64,000 nt of DNA, taken from Glaucostegus cemiculus (Eukaryota). Both the position numbers and the translations under genes were made by a program. The stretch's first letter is position 1. Each line of letters begins with the position of its first letter. The notes under the pieces are model-generated. The model did not search any database. It was not told the origin of the DNA and was given only the letters and a program-made list of their open reading frames with translations. The stretch covers positions 4,960,001 to 5,024,000 of the forward strand of contig CDPCPM010000275.1 in NCBI GenBank assembly GCA_976551045.1. The letters run 5' to 3'. Shown in pieces: positions 38,055-52,224 of this stretch.

Positions 38055-39390
38055 ATAATCTGATTGGTCAGCAATTAGCCGGATTGGATTTCTCCTGCTT
38101 TTCGTGAATAGATTGTACCTGGTCAATTTTCCACACCATCAGGTAAGATGCAAACATTGCAATGGAACTAGAACAGCTTGTCTCAGGGCACAGCTTGTTC
38201 TGGCATGCAGATCTTCAGTACGATAGCTGGTATGTTCTCCAATCCCATAGCCTTAGCTGTATCCAGTGCTCTCAGCCATTGCTCAACATCATAACTCAAT
38301 CAAAATTGGTTGAAGATTGGCTTCTCTGATGTGGGGATCTCACAGAGAAGCTGAGATGGATCATTCATTCTTCATTTCTAGCTGAACATGATTGTGCATG
38401 CTTCAGCCTCATCTTTAATACTAGTCCATTAGGATGGGGATGTCTATGCTTTTTCCTCCTTTTAGCTGCTCAGTTATTCATTACCATTCACAAGTAAATG
38501 TGGTGGGACCTCAGAGATTTCACTTATTATGAGATGGCATAGCTTTGACCATTGCATGCTGTTGAGCAAACAGTCCAGTGTTGCAGCTTCACCACATTTT
38601 TAGCTATGCTCTTTGCTGCTTCGAGCATGCCCTTGTGCCATCTCACTGAATCACAATTGATCCCATGGCTTGACAGTTATGGTGACACGAAGGATATTCT
38701 GGGCCCTGACATTACAGAATATGGTGTTGTGTCACATCTGCTGTGAATGGTCCATGGTTTTGAGCTGCCAAATGTGTTGAGTCTTTCATAAATCAACACT
38801 GATATAATGCCACACAACACAATCCAGAGTGCCCTTGGTGTGAAGACGTGACTTTCTCTCTCCAATCACTGTGCAGTAGTCATTTCTACCAATGCTATCA
38901 AGGACAGATGCATCTACCAAAGACATATTGATAAGGAATAGATCAAATTGGTTAATCCCTTGGCTTGGCTCACTCGCCACCGGCCAACAGATTGTATCTG
39001 CAACAAGGCCAGGCCACTCACTGGTGGTTCTCAAGGTATCATCAAACCCCTCAGTGACAGTACTTAAAGTTACCCCACCAGAATACATTCTGTGCCTTTG
39101 GTACTTTCCATAACTTCTCCAAAAGTGTCATTCAACATAGAGAAGCTGTTCATCAGCTGAGGGAGGGCAATAGATTACGATCTGCTCATGTTTGCAGACC
39201 TTGGGTAGTCCGAGTCAATGCTGAGGACGCCAAAGGCATCTCCCTCCCACCTGTACGTCACTCTACTGCCTGCCTCTTGAGATCTGTCCTGCTGGTGGCC
39301 CAAGAAATGTGATGGGGAAGTCTGGCACATTGTAGGGTTTGATTCTGAGAGTAACTTGTTGTTGCAATAGGCTCTCCCAATTTTAGACAC
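38055..39390 (-). mobile_element. family B CR1-group LINE, endonuclease to RT N-terminus
   Basis: Minus strand LRALDTAKAMGLENIPAIVLK...KQEKSNPAN; ORF 38786..39088 DASVLDSIGRNDY (GxSDH-like). Confidence 0.8.
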
Positions 39391-40269
39391 TAATCTATCT
39401 GAACTTAAATTGCACTGCCACTACAGTTGATTTGAATTCACACCTTTTGTAATCTAGATCTCTAAATTATTAATTCAATCTCTGCACCACTACCTTAACT
39501 GTGATAAGGAAAATACATCATTTTTGTTAGTGTTCTATCCATCTATCTCATTAGGTGCATTCAATTGCTTTGCAGAAGTCTGTTGAGATGGAAGATAATC
39601 TATAATATTACAGAAAGGCGGAAGCAAGCTCAAAGAGTTACTAGTTCCCTCTCCTACAAAATAATTAGATCATATGCTTCGTCTCCACCCCCCACCCCAC
39701 AAATTGAAATATGCAAGCTCATGGGAAACATGTCAGCATGTACAGAAATTCTGATGCAAAAAAAACTACACAATGAATTTTGGGAGGAATAGCTGGATAG
39801 GAGCCAAGTCCAAACCTTAGTATTAAAATTGGAAAAGGAAACAATCAGAGAAAAAAATATAAAAACAATTAGAAAGAACTTTTATTTTGTACAATTGTCA
39901 ATGCACCAAGTTCTATTTCTTCAAAACAATGATAAACCAATCAAGGCTAAATTGTGCTGGAGTATCAGGCTTCAGAATAAAACTTTCATATGCCTAATGT
40001 TTACAGCTATTATTTTAAAAACACAGCACTTATGCAAATATGTACAGTGACCATAAATTCCTGAAAAAATTCTGTCAAAAAGCATTGACATCAATAACAT
40101 GTCAAAACTTCCTACTATTACTGTTGCCTGATTGAAATATGATAATCAACATGAATGCTTAAATAAAAAAGGTGAAGCTGTATCATTGACAACACGATTA
40201 TCATTTAATGTATTAAAAAATACCCTTGGTGCAAACAAATAACCCTCTATCCTAAGTTACATTTTCATT

Positions 40270-41865
40270 GTTATACAGCACTGAAATAGGCCCTTCAGGC
40301 CACCATGTCCATGCTGACCATCAAGTCCAATCTCTACTTATCAGCACTGGGTCTATAGCCTTGGCAATTCAAGTGCCCATCTAGATGCTTCTTAAATGTT
40401 ACGAGCGTGCATGCTTCAACCACCTTCTCGGGCAGTGTGTTCTAGTGGATGAAAAAGATCTTTCTCAGATCCCCTCTGAACCTCTTAAATCCTCACCTTA
40501 AGCATACATCCTCTGGTCTTAAACACATGGAGGAAAGCTTCTTACTATCTACCGTTCCATTCCTCTCACAATATTGTACACATATATTAACCTACTCTGC
40601 TCCAAGGAAAACAAACCCAGCCAATCTAGTCTCTTCTCATAATTGAAACACTTATTCCCAGGCAACAGCCCAGTGAATCCCTTCTGTACCCCCTCCAGTA
40701 CAATCATTTCCTTCCTTGGTACAGAGATGAGGAGGAACTGCTTTTCATTAGAAGCAGTGAATCTGTGGAATTCTCTGCTCAAGGAAGCAGTAGAGGCTAC
40801 CTCATTAAATATATTTAAGACACAGTTAGATCAATTTTTGCATAGTAGGGGAATTAAGAGTTATGGGGAAAAGGCAGGTAGCTGGAGCTGAGTCCATGGC
40901 CAGATTAGCCATGATCTTACTGAATGGCGGAGTAGGCTCAACAGGCCAAATGGCCTACTCCTGCTCCTATTTCTATGTTCTAATGGTCCTATAGTGTGGA
41001 GACCAGAACTGCACAGAATATTCAAGCCGTGGTTTAACCAATGTTATAAAGTTGTACCATAACTTCCCTTTGCCTTGGCTAATGAAGGCAAGCATCCCAA
41101 ATGACTATTTTCACCATCCTATCTATCTGTGCTGTAAAATTCAGGGATCTTTGGACGTACACCAAGGTCCCTTTGTTCCTCAGTGGACACTAGGGCCCCT
41201 ACCATTCATGGTATATGTCCTACCCTTATTACACTTCCTCAAATACATCACCTCATGCTTAATCAGGATTAAATTCTACCTGCCATTGTCCACCCTATTT
41301 ACCACCTGATCAATATTATCCTGTAAACTATGACCACATTCTCCACAATCAGCAACACCATCAATTTTCATGTCAGTTGTAATCTTACTAATCACACCTC
41401 TTACGTTCCCATCTAAGTTATTAACGTACATAACAAACAGTCAGGGACCCAAAACCGATCCCTGTGGCACACCACTAATCACAAACTTCCAGTCACAAAC
41501 ACAAATCTCCACCTTCACCCTCTGCCCCCAATTACCAATCCAATTTTTCCAATTTGCCTTGAATCCCATGGGCTCAATCTGTGGGACCAGCCTTTCACAG
41601 CCTCATCAAAGTCTTGACTGAGGTCCTTATAAAACACATCAACCACACATCGATTATTTAGCTACCACTTCCAAAAAAAACACTCAATTAGTCAGACAGG
41701 ATCTCCCACCAACAAATCCATGGCAACTATGCCTAATCAATTCCAGGCTAAGTGTAGATTATTTCTGTTCCTTAGAATTTTTACCAATAATTTCTTGATC
41801 ACTGATGTGAGACCAACTGGCCTATAATTAACTGCCCTTCGTGAATAAAGATACCACTGATGCTA
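40270..41865 (-). mobile_element. CR1 LINE 3' half containing a nested opposite-strand CR1 end
   Basis: ORF LEGVQKGFTGLLPG...LGLFSLEQ; ggacccaaaaccgatccctgtggcacacc (GVPQGSVLGP reverse). Confidence 0.85.
40715..40982 (+). mobile_element. well-preserved CR1 3' end (nested)
   Basis: TEMRRNCFSLEAVNLWNSL...IFKTQLDQFL; tail ggcctactcctgctcctatttctatgttct. Confidence 0.9.
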
Positions 41866-43814
41866 CATATACAAAATAAAAACAAAAATAAGTTTCAGAA
41901 AGATAATAAGAGTTTCAGAAAGACATCCACAAAACTATGGTTCTGTCTCAGCGATAAAAAAGAAATTTATGTTGAATGTATACTTCAGCTGCCTTATAAA
42001 ATCTGTAATTATGAACTATGCAAATAAGTACTAGTTTATTTTGTAAAGAGCACCACAAAGTATCATTACGATCCTGTACTCGGTCATTTAAAAGATTAAG
42101 AACCTTGTGCAGTAACTTGTACTGCCGTACACAAAATCTAAAATTACTTAAGGTCTTTTTAAATTCAGGCCTGATGTAATCAATTATCCTTTCATTCTGT
42201 GCTCTATTTAATATCATAAATTGTTTAGTACAACACCAGGAAGATATAGTCAATGGCCCACATTTTGTCGTTAGCAGCAAACAAATAGACTAACTGTTAA
42301 TCACACCTTAGTTTACACTTGTACACACATTTTCTGTGGGATTCTGCACTCCAGCTTCCAATTCTCAGATAGCCAAAACAGCAAGGAATCATCTACAAGG
42401 CTTTTATTAACTGTGTGAACAGGAAAAACAGTGGTGTGTCTCTTATTCAATCAGAATGAACAAGGAGGTATACAAAGCTTAAATTAAGTATTAGAAAAGT
42501 TAATTCAATATCAAGCAATGAACTAAAAAACAAATCAAAGAATGAAAAAATTAAGATCAACAGAAAAAAAGATAGAAAGTAAGAAATTGAAGCAGAGTAG
42601 TCCATTCAGCTCCTTGCATTTTTCATTCTATATGATCATGGCTGATCTATTATCTCAGTGACACTTCCCTGTACTCCATATCACTTGATTACCAAAATAT
42701 CAAAAAACTGAACTGAGATAGGCATCCCATTTGCCCACATTGGACTTGCATCTATCTATACTTTTCCTGTCCAAGTACCTGTCTAAATCCCTTTAGCAAT
42801 GTTGTAACTGTATCTGCCTCCAACACCTCCTCTGGCAGCTCATTCCAGATATTCACCATTGTTTGTGTAAAAAAATCAACCCTCAGATCTCAGGGTGCCA
42901 TATAATTGGAGCAAGATGTCACTACATTTGAACTCAAATCTTCTTGTAACAAAGGATAACATACCGTTTATCTTTCCTAATTGTTTTTGTATCTGCATCT
43001 TAATTTTCAGCAATTCATGTACACCCAGGTCCCTCTGAGCAGCATAATTTTCAAAATTTCATGATTTAAAAGAAATATTTTGCCTGGCATTTCTTCTATC
43101 AAAGTGGATAACCTCACCCTTTTCCATATTTTATTCCATCTGCCATGTCCTTGCCATTTATTGAGTTTGTCTATATCCTCCTGAAGCCATTTTGCATCCT
43201 CCTCACAACCCACGTTTCCACCTCGTCATATATCAGCAGCAAATTTAAATATGTTACACTTCGTCCCCTCATCCAAATAATTTAAATGGATTGTGAACAG
43301 CATCGGTCAAGGTTTGTCCTTATCTATTCTGCTAATGCAGCCACAAAAAAATAGCAGACTTCTCAAGCATGATTTTACTTTAATAACACTACATGATATT
43401 GTGCAATCTTATTATTATTTTCTAAATGCCCTGTTATCACTTCCCTAGTAATAGGTTCCAGCATTTTCCCTGCAACAGATGTCCACCATACTGATCTTTC
43501 TCTCTCTGTATTTTTTTCTCTCCTTTCAGAAAGGGTGAGATTACATTTACTGCCTTCCTATATATGGGAACCATTATAGAATTTATGGAAATTTGGAAGA
43601 TGGCAACAGGTGCATCCACAATCTCCATAATCATCTCCTTCAAAATCCCAAATGCGAGTCATCAGGGCTGGGATTTTTCCTCTTTAAGTCCCATCAATTT
43701 CTTCCTGGTATTTTTTTAACTATAGCCTATTTATGAAAGCTCCTCAGTTGCCCTAGATCTGAAACACTACTACTTTTGGCAATTTTCTGTATTTTCCCCA
43801 ATGAAGTTGTTGAG

Positions 43815-45147
43815 AGCATAGAACAGTCTATCACAGTAACAGGCCCTATGGCCACAATTTCCACGCTAACCATGATGCCAATCCATACTACTCCCATCTG
43901 CCTGCACTTGGTCTGTAACCCTCCATTGCCTGCCTATTCATGTGCCAGTCTAAATGCCTCTTAGACATTGCTGTTGTATCACTTCCTCTGGCAGTGCCTT
44001 CCCAGGCACTTACCACTTCGTGTTTAAAAAAAAACTTGGCTCAATCTCCTTAAAGCTATGCCCCCTAGTATTTGACATTGCCATGCTGAGAAAAAGACTC
44101 TGACTACCCTATCTATGCCATTCATAATCCCAAATACTTCTATCAAGTCTCCACTCAGCCCCCGATGCGCCAGAGGAAATAGCCCAAGTTTACTCAACCT
44201 CTCCTTATATCTAGTCCTCTCCAATCCAGGCAACATCCTGGTGAATCTTCTGCACCCTCTCCAAAACCTCCACATCCTTCCTGTAACGTGGTGACCAGAA
44301 CTGCACACAATACTCCAAATGTAGCCTGATCAAAGTTATATAGAACTGCAACATGATTTCCCAACTTTTATACTCAACACCTTATCAATGAAAGCAAATA
44401 TGCCATATGCCTTCTTTACCACTTTATCCACTTCCGTTGCCACTTTCAGGGAGCTATGAACTTGCACCCAAAGATCCTGCTGTACATCAATGCTCCTAAG
44501 GATCCTGTCATTTACGGTATTTCACCTTGTATTTCACCTCCCAAAGTGCAACACCTCACACTTGTCTGGATTAAACTGCATCTGCCATTTCTCTGCCCAC
44601 ATTTCCAATTGGTCTACATCCCGCTGAATCCTTTGGCAACCTTCCTTGCTATCCACAGCTCCACAAATGTTTGTGTCATCTGCAAACATACTAATCAGAC
44701 CACCTACATTTTCACCCAAATCAGTTATATACATCACAAACAAGAGGACGCAGCACTGATCCTTGTGGAACACCACCTGTCATAGACCTCCAAAATAACA
44801 CCCTTCCACCACCACCCACCGTCTCCTATCGCTAAAACAATTTTGAATCCTAAGTCTACATGGATCCCATGTGCATTAATCTTCTGGATCAGCCTACCAT
44901 GCGGGATCTTGTTAAAAACTTTTCCAAAGTCCGTGTATACAACATCCACTTCCTGCCCTCATTTATCACCTTTGTCACCTCAAAAAACTGAATCGTTTGT
45001 AAGACATGACCTTCCCTGCACAAAGCCTCCTGACTATCCCGAACAAATCCATGCTTCTCCAGATGCAAGTAGATGCTATCCCTAAGAATCTTCTTCAATA
45101 ACTCCCCTATCACTGATGTGAGGCTCACCGGCCCATAATTTCCCAGT
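43815..45147 (-). mobile_element. CR1 LINE 3' half (nested)
   Basis: VSLTSVIGELL, DFGKVFNKIPHGRL, ISMFADDT, WQMQFNPDKCEVLHFGR, GDLIEVF. Confidence 0.92.
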
Positions 45148-45258
45148 TAATTCTTTTGCATTTGCTTATGCCCAATATAAATTTTTTTCTATCTTAGTTT
45201 GGAAGGGACATTAACTAAGGTAATCTTTTCCTTATAACATAACAACATAATAACTATA

Positions 45259-46558
45259 TCACTTAGAGAAGAAGGACTCATACTGCCGACTGCTATTCAT
45301 CGACTTCAGCTCCGCTTTCAATACCATCATCCCGCAACAGCTAATCAGGAAGTTGAGCGCTCTGGGCATTAACTCTCCTCTCTGCAACTGGATACTGGAT
45401 TTTCTAACTTGCAGGCCGCAGTCAGTCAAAATTGGTGAAAACACCTCAAGCACCATCACACTGAGCACTGGCTCCCCACAGGGTTGTGTGCTCAGTCCGC
45501 TCCTGTTCACCTTGTTGACTCACGACTGTGAGGCCAGATCCAGCTCCAACTGCATTGTTAAATTTGCCGATGACACGACAGTGGTGGGTCTTGTCACGAA
45601 TGACGATGAGTCGGACTACAAAGAGGAGGTGAAACAACTAGCCGTGTGGTGCCATGACAACAACCTCTCCTTGAATGTGGATAAAACCAAGGAGATGATA
45701 GTGGATTTTAGGAGGGGTCACCGTGTGCACATCCCGCTGACCATCAACGGGTCTGCTGTGGAACAAGTACGCAGCACCAAGTTCCTGGGGGTGCACATCA
45801 CCGATGACCTGACCTGGTCCACTAACATTACGACCCTCACGAAGAAAGCTCAGAAACGCCTCTACTTCCTGTGGAGACTGAGGAAAGCGTACCCCCATCC
45901 CTCCGTCATGAAAACCTTCTATAGGGGGACCATTGAGAGCATCCTAACTCAATGTATCACTGTTTGGTTTGGAAGCTGCTCAGCTGAAGTCCCTCCAGAA
46001 GATAGTTAGGGCTGTGGAGTGGATCATAGGTGTCTCGCTTCCATCCCTCGCAGACATATACAAAGACCGTTGTGTGAGGAAGACCAAGAGCATAATGGCC
46101 GACCCTTCTCACCCCTCCCACCACCTCTTCACAATTTTGCCATCAGGGAGGAGGCTTAAATGTATCAGGGCAAGAACGACCAGGCTGAACAATAGCTTCT
46201 TTCCGCAAGCCATCAGAACTGCAAACTCTCTCATCCCTCCATCTTCCTTTGTTAACACTAAGAGATGCTAGGTGCACAGAAATGCACCAGCACTTTAAAT
46301 GCCCGACACCAGCCCGTTCACTTTAATAACTATTTATTTATTTACTGGCCATTTTTAATTTCATCTGCGTACTAATTTAATTTTAACTTCCGTAGCTTTT
46401 AATGTCTAATGTTTTGTAATGTTTATTCTGTCAAGTGTGTATGTGTCTCTCTGTTGGTTGTTATGTTATTTTATGGGAAGAGCACCTGAGGAGGACGGTA
46501 TCTCGCTCCTATGCATACTATGTATGTATATGGTTGTGACAATAAAAACTGATTCTGA
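45259..46558 (+). mobile_element. young Rex1/Babar LINE, 5'-truncated
   Basis: Open frame from [23 protein letters not shown] through [14 protein letters not shown] and [10 protein letters not shown] to 46009; one frameshift near 45986; tail gtgacaataaaaactgattctga. Confidence 0.95.
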
Positions 46559-46759
46559 ACAGAAGGAACTTCTAACAATCTGTTTTTATGTTACTTGCTG
46601 ACCTGCTCTTATAATCTACTTTCCCTTTCCTCATCATTTTCTTGCCGTCCTTTGCTGAATTCTGCAATTTTCCCAGTCCTCAACCTTATTGCTTTTTTTT
46701 TGGCAACATAAAATGTTCTGATAAAGGGTCCTCAGCCTGAAATGTTTTTCTTCCCACAA

Positions 46760-47600
46760 GACCAAGCTCCATTAACAACTAGCCCCTTTGGACTACACTA
46801 CCCTCTCACTATTGTTCATGGCGAAACTCAAAAAATATAGACCTCTTTTCCACATATTATAAACCTCCCCTCAGGAAAGGCAAGCATCAATGATAATATT
46901 CATCATCAACTTCAAAGCTCCAGCACAGCCATTGGTCCATTAAGGAAAAAGGATATATGAAAATCAAGAGCTCAGACCTGACACAAAACTCATGGTCCAC
47001 AAGGCAACAGTGATCCCTGCCCTTGTTTATGCTTCTGAAACCAACCTGAACTACATACAGTGTACAGTGGCATCTCAAGGCACTGGAATGATAACTCCAC
47101 AAAATTCTTCAAATTTACTGGAACAATATGTGAACCAACATCAATGTCTTTTCCCAGACCAACACGAATTGCATTGAGACCAGAGTTCTGTTCTGTCAGC
47201 TCCAATGGACAAGCCGTGATGTTCCAAGCCTGACACCAGACTGCTAAAACAGACAATATTCTGAACACTCACAGGAAAACATAACCAGGCCGGAAAGAGG
47301 AAGATGAAAAAATTCAGGGATGTTTTCCTTGGGGGGAGAAAAAGACATTAAGAATCTCTGACCCAAAACCAGTCAAAAGGAACACATAGGATGTTGAAAA
47401 CCTTGAATCTGTTCATTCAGAGCACACAGAAAGAAACTGTCCGTAAACAAGGAAAGGAATATCACTACCTTATAAACTACTAACCCACCCACATTATCAA
47501 GCATTTCCTGTGAGGAAGAGTCTGTGGTTCACGTATTGTTCTCCTCAGAACCCACAAAATTGGAATGAAAGCAAGGCATCCTTGTTTATCTGCCTAAAAA
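46760..47600 (+). mobile_element. RTE LINE 3' remnant
   Basis: TKLMVHKATVIPALVYASET motif (ORF 46992..47177). Confidence 0.75.
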
Positions 47601-48779
47601 GAATGCAGTTTCCCAATCTATCACAGCCATCTCAATCTTGTGCCTTCAAAGGGAACTTGGAAAAAAACTTTTTGTTTAAATCTCACATGTTTAATAACAT
47701 CTGGACAAATAAGACTCCACACATGAGAAAGTAAATTCTGAATAACATAAAGGATATTTGACAGTAAATTACACTTAACATGCTACTAGAAGTATACTTA
47801 CTGGTAAGCTTAGTGGGTATCAACCATGAAAGTACAGCAATGTTTTAACATGGTGAAAAAGCAAAGCTTTTATAGAAGCAAAGTGGTTCCAACAACAACC
47901 TTTTGATTTTCATTTGTAATTGCACATGCAAGAATGCTGGGAAGTGATAGCCTCCTCCTATTCTTATATCCAACCCTATATTGTATCTAGATGATAATAT
48001 TCAGCAGCCAAATCAAGACGTTTGCCTTAATTATCAGAATAATTTAGCAAAGACAGGAGTGCTACAAGTGAGTTATTTTCACTTGCAAGAAAGATAAAAA
48101 TCTAAAATAACTTGCAAACATTTTGAGAAAGAATTTCTCACTATTTGGAGTAGAGAACAGATTTAGAGACTGTCTTTTAAACACAGGTTCATGAAAAACA
48201 GTAACATTTAACAGTCTTTTGACCGAGTTCATGTGAAGGAATCTGCAAAATAAACAAGCTTTTTAAAATGTGGGGAAAAAACTCATTTGAGCACCTGTCT
48301 TCTAGCAACTTAGCCACTGGATGAATGACTTGCCAGTTTTAGCTTTTTAAATCAAGCATCCTTATTGGGATCCGATTGACCAAAAACCATCTTTCCAGTT
48401 TTGGTATCTGGAGCTGAATTCAGGCCAGAACGTTGAATTAAACATCACTCTTTCTCTGTTGGTTGCAGGGATGCTATGTGCAATAATTTTTAAGAGTTTG
48501 AAATTAAATCCTTATGACTGAAAATCTAAATCTGTTTGAAATTAGGTACTAGCTTTTATGATATCAGTGTACATAAGGACATTTAGTTTGGAAATGAAAA
48601 TGTCACTTCTGCTTTAGTTCAACATAGCTCTATTGAAAGAGTCAAGCAATATTATTGAGCAATGTAGAGAGGACTTTATTCTACATCCAGGTACTTGATA
48701 CAAAAAAAAGAACAATATTTATTTTTCCACTGCTAATATCCTTTACCTTATTAGGCATATAGTTCAGAGAGGTCCTGGA

Positions 48780-49950
48780 TTCAATTTCTACGCTATCCTC
48801 TCCATCTATAAACAAATCCTCACCAATTGTCTTCCACTGCAGAAACCTCCTCTCCTCAGGTGCCAAATGTGAAGAGCACTCATGAGGTCATTTTTATACA
48901 AAACTGACAACTTTCATCACAGCCATCCAGCTCAAAACCAATTCAGGACTCAATTTGCAGTTATTTTGCATCATCACAATCGCTCTTGCACAAAAACCTA
49001 TAGACTGATTCTTTTAGCTGTTTGCACCAGCACCTGGTCACTTTACTTCCATTTTTCAGTCTAACAATCATATTGTTATCAATTTGTCCCTTTCCTCGGC
49101 TTTGTCACTTGACCCTTAAAAAACAGGGTTACATTCAAGATTAAACATGGAAAACAATCACTAATAAAAAAGAGAAAAAAAACAGAAAAGAGAATAAAGT
49201 ATACTATCCACAAACATTTGATAAACATCAATTGTAAATGAGGAGACCACTGGGGAGACTAATGATCTGAAGGCCTTGAATCTTTAAATCTACAAGTCAC
49301 AAAATGGAAAATATTTTCCTCCAGCTCCAATGACACAACCAAAAAACATAACCTTGGTGGAATCAAACTACGAAAAAATATAGGACTTAATATTTATCAA
49401 CTTGAACTATGTCACTTCAAAAGACTCTCAAAACTTTTATTCAACAAGTAATGCCTCTCAACAATGTTTAAATTCTGAAGTACTAGCAACTTCACAGCCA
49501 TGCAAGTGTGATCTCTTCCTTCAAAGTCTTTCCATGCGGTTTCTTATCTGAAAAGGGGTTACACTGTAACAAAGCCACCATCAGTTCTCTGGTCAAGCTG
49601 CACTTGACTTCATCGTCACAGAGAACAAATTACAAGAACTATCAAATCTTTCTATTCTCTTGGTCTCCTACTTCTATGTTTTCTTCCAGACTCATCACTA
49701 CCAAAAGCAACCATCTTCTTATTCCACATTATCTCCACTCCATCCTCATCCATTCCTTCACTGACTTTGATTCTGTCTTCTGAAGCTCTATACCAGCACC
49801 AATACTTTGACTCACCATTTTAGCATTTTAATTTGGTTTCATTATTTTGTCATTCCTTTCCCTCATTGACACTTTTGCCCAACCTCAACCATTGATTTGT
49901 GCCCATTTTCTATCCAACAATCTCTAAAGCACTTCACTTACTCAATGCAA
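48780..49950 (+). mobile_element. very old L2-like LINE remnant (patchy)
   Basis: C/T-rich plus strand; ctgcagaaacctcctctcctcaggtg resembles the LLILGDFN region; only patches recognisable. Confidence 0.35.
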
Positions 49951-49955
49951 TGCAC

Positions 49956-49998
49956 GAGTGAGTGAGTGAGAGAGTGAGAGAGTGAGAGAGTGAGAGAG
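49956..49998. repeat. (GAGT)/(GA) microsatellite running into the assembly gap
   Basis: gagtgagtgagtgagagagtgagagagtgagagagtgagagag. Confidence 0.95.
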
Positions 49999-50162
49999 NN
50001 NNNNNNNNNNNNNNNNNNNNNNNNNNNNNNNNNNNNNNNNNNNNNNNNNNNNNNNNNNNNNNNNNNNNNNNNNNNNNNNNNNNNNNNNNNNNNNNNNNNN
50101 NNNNNNNNNNNNNNNNNNNNNNNNNNNNNNNNNNNNNNNNNNNNNNNNNNNNNNNNNNNNNN
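49999..50162. other. assembly gap (164 N)
   Basis: run of n. Confidence 1.
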
Positions 50163-50289
50163 AAAGCTTTGATTAATGTGTTTATAGTAACAATTAAGTA
50201 CTAATTGTCTTCATATTATCTCTACATTGATTTCTTCTTATGCATAGCAAGTGCAGTAGAAGGTTAAGTAACCACATACAAGTGAGATG

Positions 50290-50530
50290 AAATAACAGTT
50301 GTTTTCTAAATTGTTTTCAATGTGCCCAGGCTGATTTTTTTTCACCAATGTTTTGTTTTGCAGTCTTTTTATTCTTTTATCTATCATATAATTTATGTAT
50401 ATTTTTTGTATAATATGTTGTATGTGTTATCTGAATCTACATGTCCGTGATGCTGCTGCAAGCAAGTTTTTCATTGTACCTGTAACCTCACCATAATTGT
50501 ACACATGACTATAAACTCAGCTCGACTTCA
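50290..50530 (+). mobile_element. Rex1-type 3' UTR fragment
   Basis: gctgctgcaagcaagtttttcattgtacctg...gtacacatgactataaactc resembles the other Rex tails. Confidence 0.55.
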
Positions 50531-50864
50531 ACCTAGAGTTGGAACATCCTGGTCAGTCAATCATTTGGGATTATTCAAATCTTTAGAATGAATGTTTTCC
50601 CTATGTGCAAATTTAACCTTCTGGCAGTTTTCTCACCCATTGGGAATAATGCAGTTCAGACTGTATTGGAGCATCACCTGAAAATCATAAACATTTCACC
50701 TTGAAGTGTGTCCCATTTTCTATATTGTGTGCAGTAGAAGCTTAAAAAATTTCTAGATCAAGCACATATTCATCTGGTTCAACTGATAACTGTTATTTTA
50801 GGGGTCTTTGTTATGCTTTTACATGGGGCTATCATCCAGGCAAACCACAAATTATATGCTTTAG

Positions 50865-52080
50865 TAACCATACACCTTCTTCACCACCCTTCTCTTCCTG
50901 TGTTGCCACTTCCAGGGAACTACATACATGTACAACCAGGTCTCGCTGTTCAATAACACTCCCCAGGGCCCTACCTGTGGAAGTAAAGGGAAGGTTGATG
51001 TTTCGGGCCAAGACCCTGCTGCAGTTTATTTTTTGCTCCACATTCCAGCATCTGCAGTCACTTGCATCTCCAATGTTTCACACAGCTGTATCATAACCTC
51101 CCTGCTTTTAACCTCTCTGCCCCAAATAATGAAGGCAATTATCCCATAAGCCTTCTTCTTCACCTTATCCACCTGTACTACAATCTTCATGGATCTTTAG
51201 TCTTGCATATCAAGGTTCCCTATTTCCTCATTACTCCCTAGAGCCTTGTATATGGTCTGTCGTTCCAAAGTGCATCATGTTACACTGATCAAGATTAAAT
51301 TCCATCTACCATTATTCTGCCCGTCTTGCCAACTGATCAGTATCTCTTGTAGCCTAAGGCTATCCTCCCCACTATCAACAACACCATCAATTTTGGTATC
51401 ATCTTTGAACTTGTTAATCATGCTTCCTATATTCATATCCAAATCATTAATGTATTTAATGAACAGTAAGGGTCCCTGAACCAATCCTTATAGTACACCA
51501 CTGGTCACAGCTTCCAATCACAAAAAAAAAATCCACCATCACTCTCCGCCTCTTATTATCGGTATTAGCATCCATTTATTATTGTCACTTGTACTGAGGT
51601 ACAGTGAAAAACTTGTCTTGCATACAGTTTGTACAGATAAATTCATTACACAATGCACTGAGGTAGCACAGGGTAAAAGCAATTACAGAATACAGAGTAA
51701 AGTGTCATAGCTACAGGGAAGTGTATTGCAGGTCGACAATAAGGTGCAAGGTCAAATAAGGTAGATTGTGAGGTCAAACAAGGTTGATTGTGAGGTCAAG
51801 AGTCCATCTCATCACATAAGGGAACCGTTCAATAATCTTATCTCTGTGGGATAGAAGCTGTCCTTGAGCCTGGTGGTATGTGCCCTCAGGCTCTCATATA
51901 TTGTGTCTGATGGGAGAGGATAGAAGAGAGAATAGTCCAAGTGGGTAGGGTCTTTGATTATGCTGGCTGCTTCACCAAAGCAGTTTGGATCCAATTTGCC
52001 AAATTAACTTGAATCTCAACTACTCTTACTTTTTGGACCAGTTTCCCACATGGGACCTTGTCAAAGGCCTTACTGATGCC
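50865..52080 (-). mobile_element. CR1 fragments with nested PLE scrap (50985-51070) and Rex1
   Basis: GPLLFIKYINDLD...NKFKDDTKI; ISKAFDKVPCGKL. Confidence 0.8.
51561..51982 (-). mobile_element. Rex1/Babar 3' end (nested)
   Basis: Close match to 15760-16150; ORF AASIIKDPTH...TTRLKDSFYP. Confidence 0.92.
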
Positions 52081-52224
52081 CACAATGTGGAATTTGCATG
52101 TTCTCCTTGTGACTGCATGGGTTTCTCCAGGGTGCTCTGATTTCATCTTAGAGGTAAATTATTGATTCCTGTAAATTACCCCAGCGTAGGTGGATGGTAA
52201 AAGATTCAAGATGTTGAAGGGTGT

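Larger units (their letters stand above)
42575..46712 (-). mobile_element. old CR1 (outer element) split by later insertions
   Basis: Pieces 42575-43806, 45148-45235 and 46560-46712 read as collinear CR1 ORF2 (ORFs EIVDAPVAIFQISI, LQEDIDKLNKW). Confidence 0.7.

Noticed and set aside
41948-42280. 110-aa minus-strand ORF in unique DNA
   Set aside because: Non-ATG start, no recognisable domain, composition typical of AT-rich non-coding DNA.
48681-48866. Protein-like minus-strand ORF followed by an AAG|GTAAAG donor
   Set aside because: In-frame stop just upstream, no convincing acceptor, and the plus strand resembles an L2 endonuclease relic.
49990-50172. ORF consisting of X residues
   Set aside because: Artefact of the N gap.
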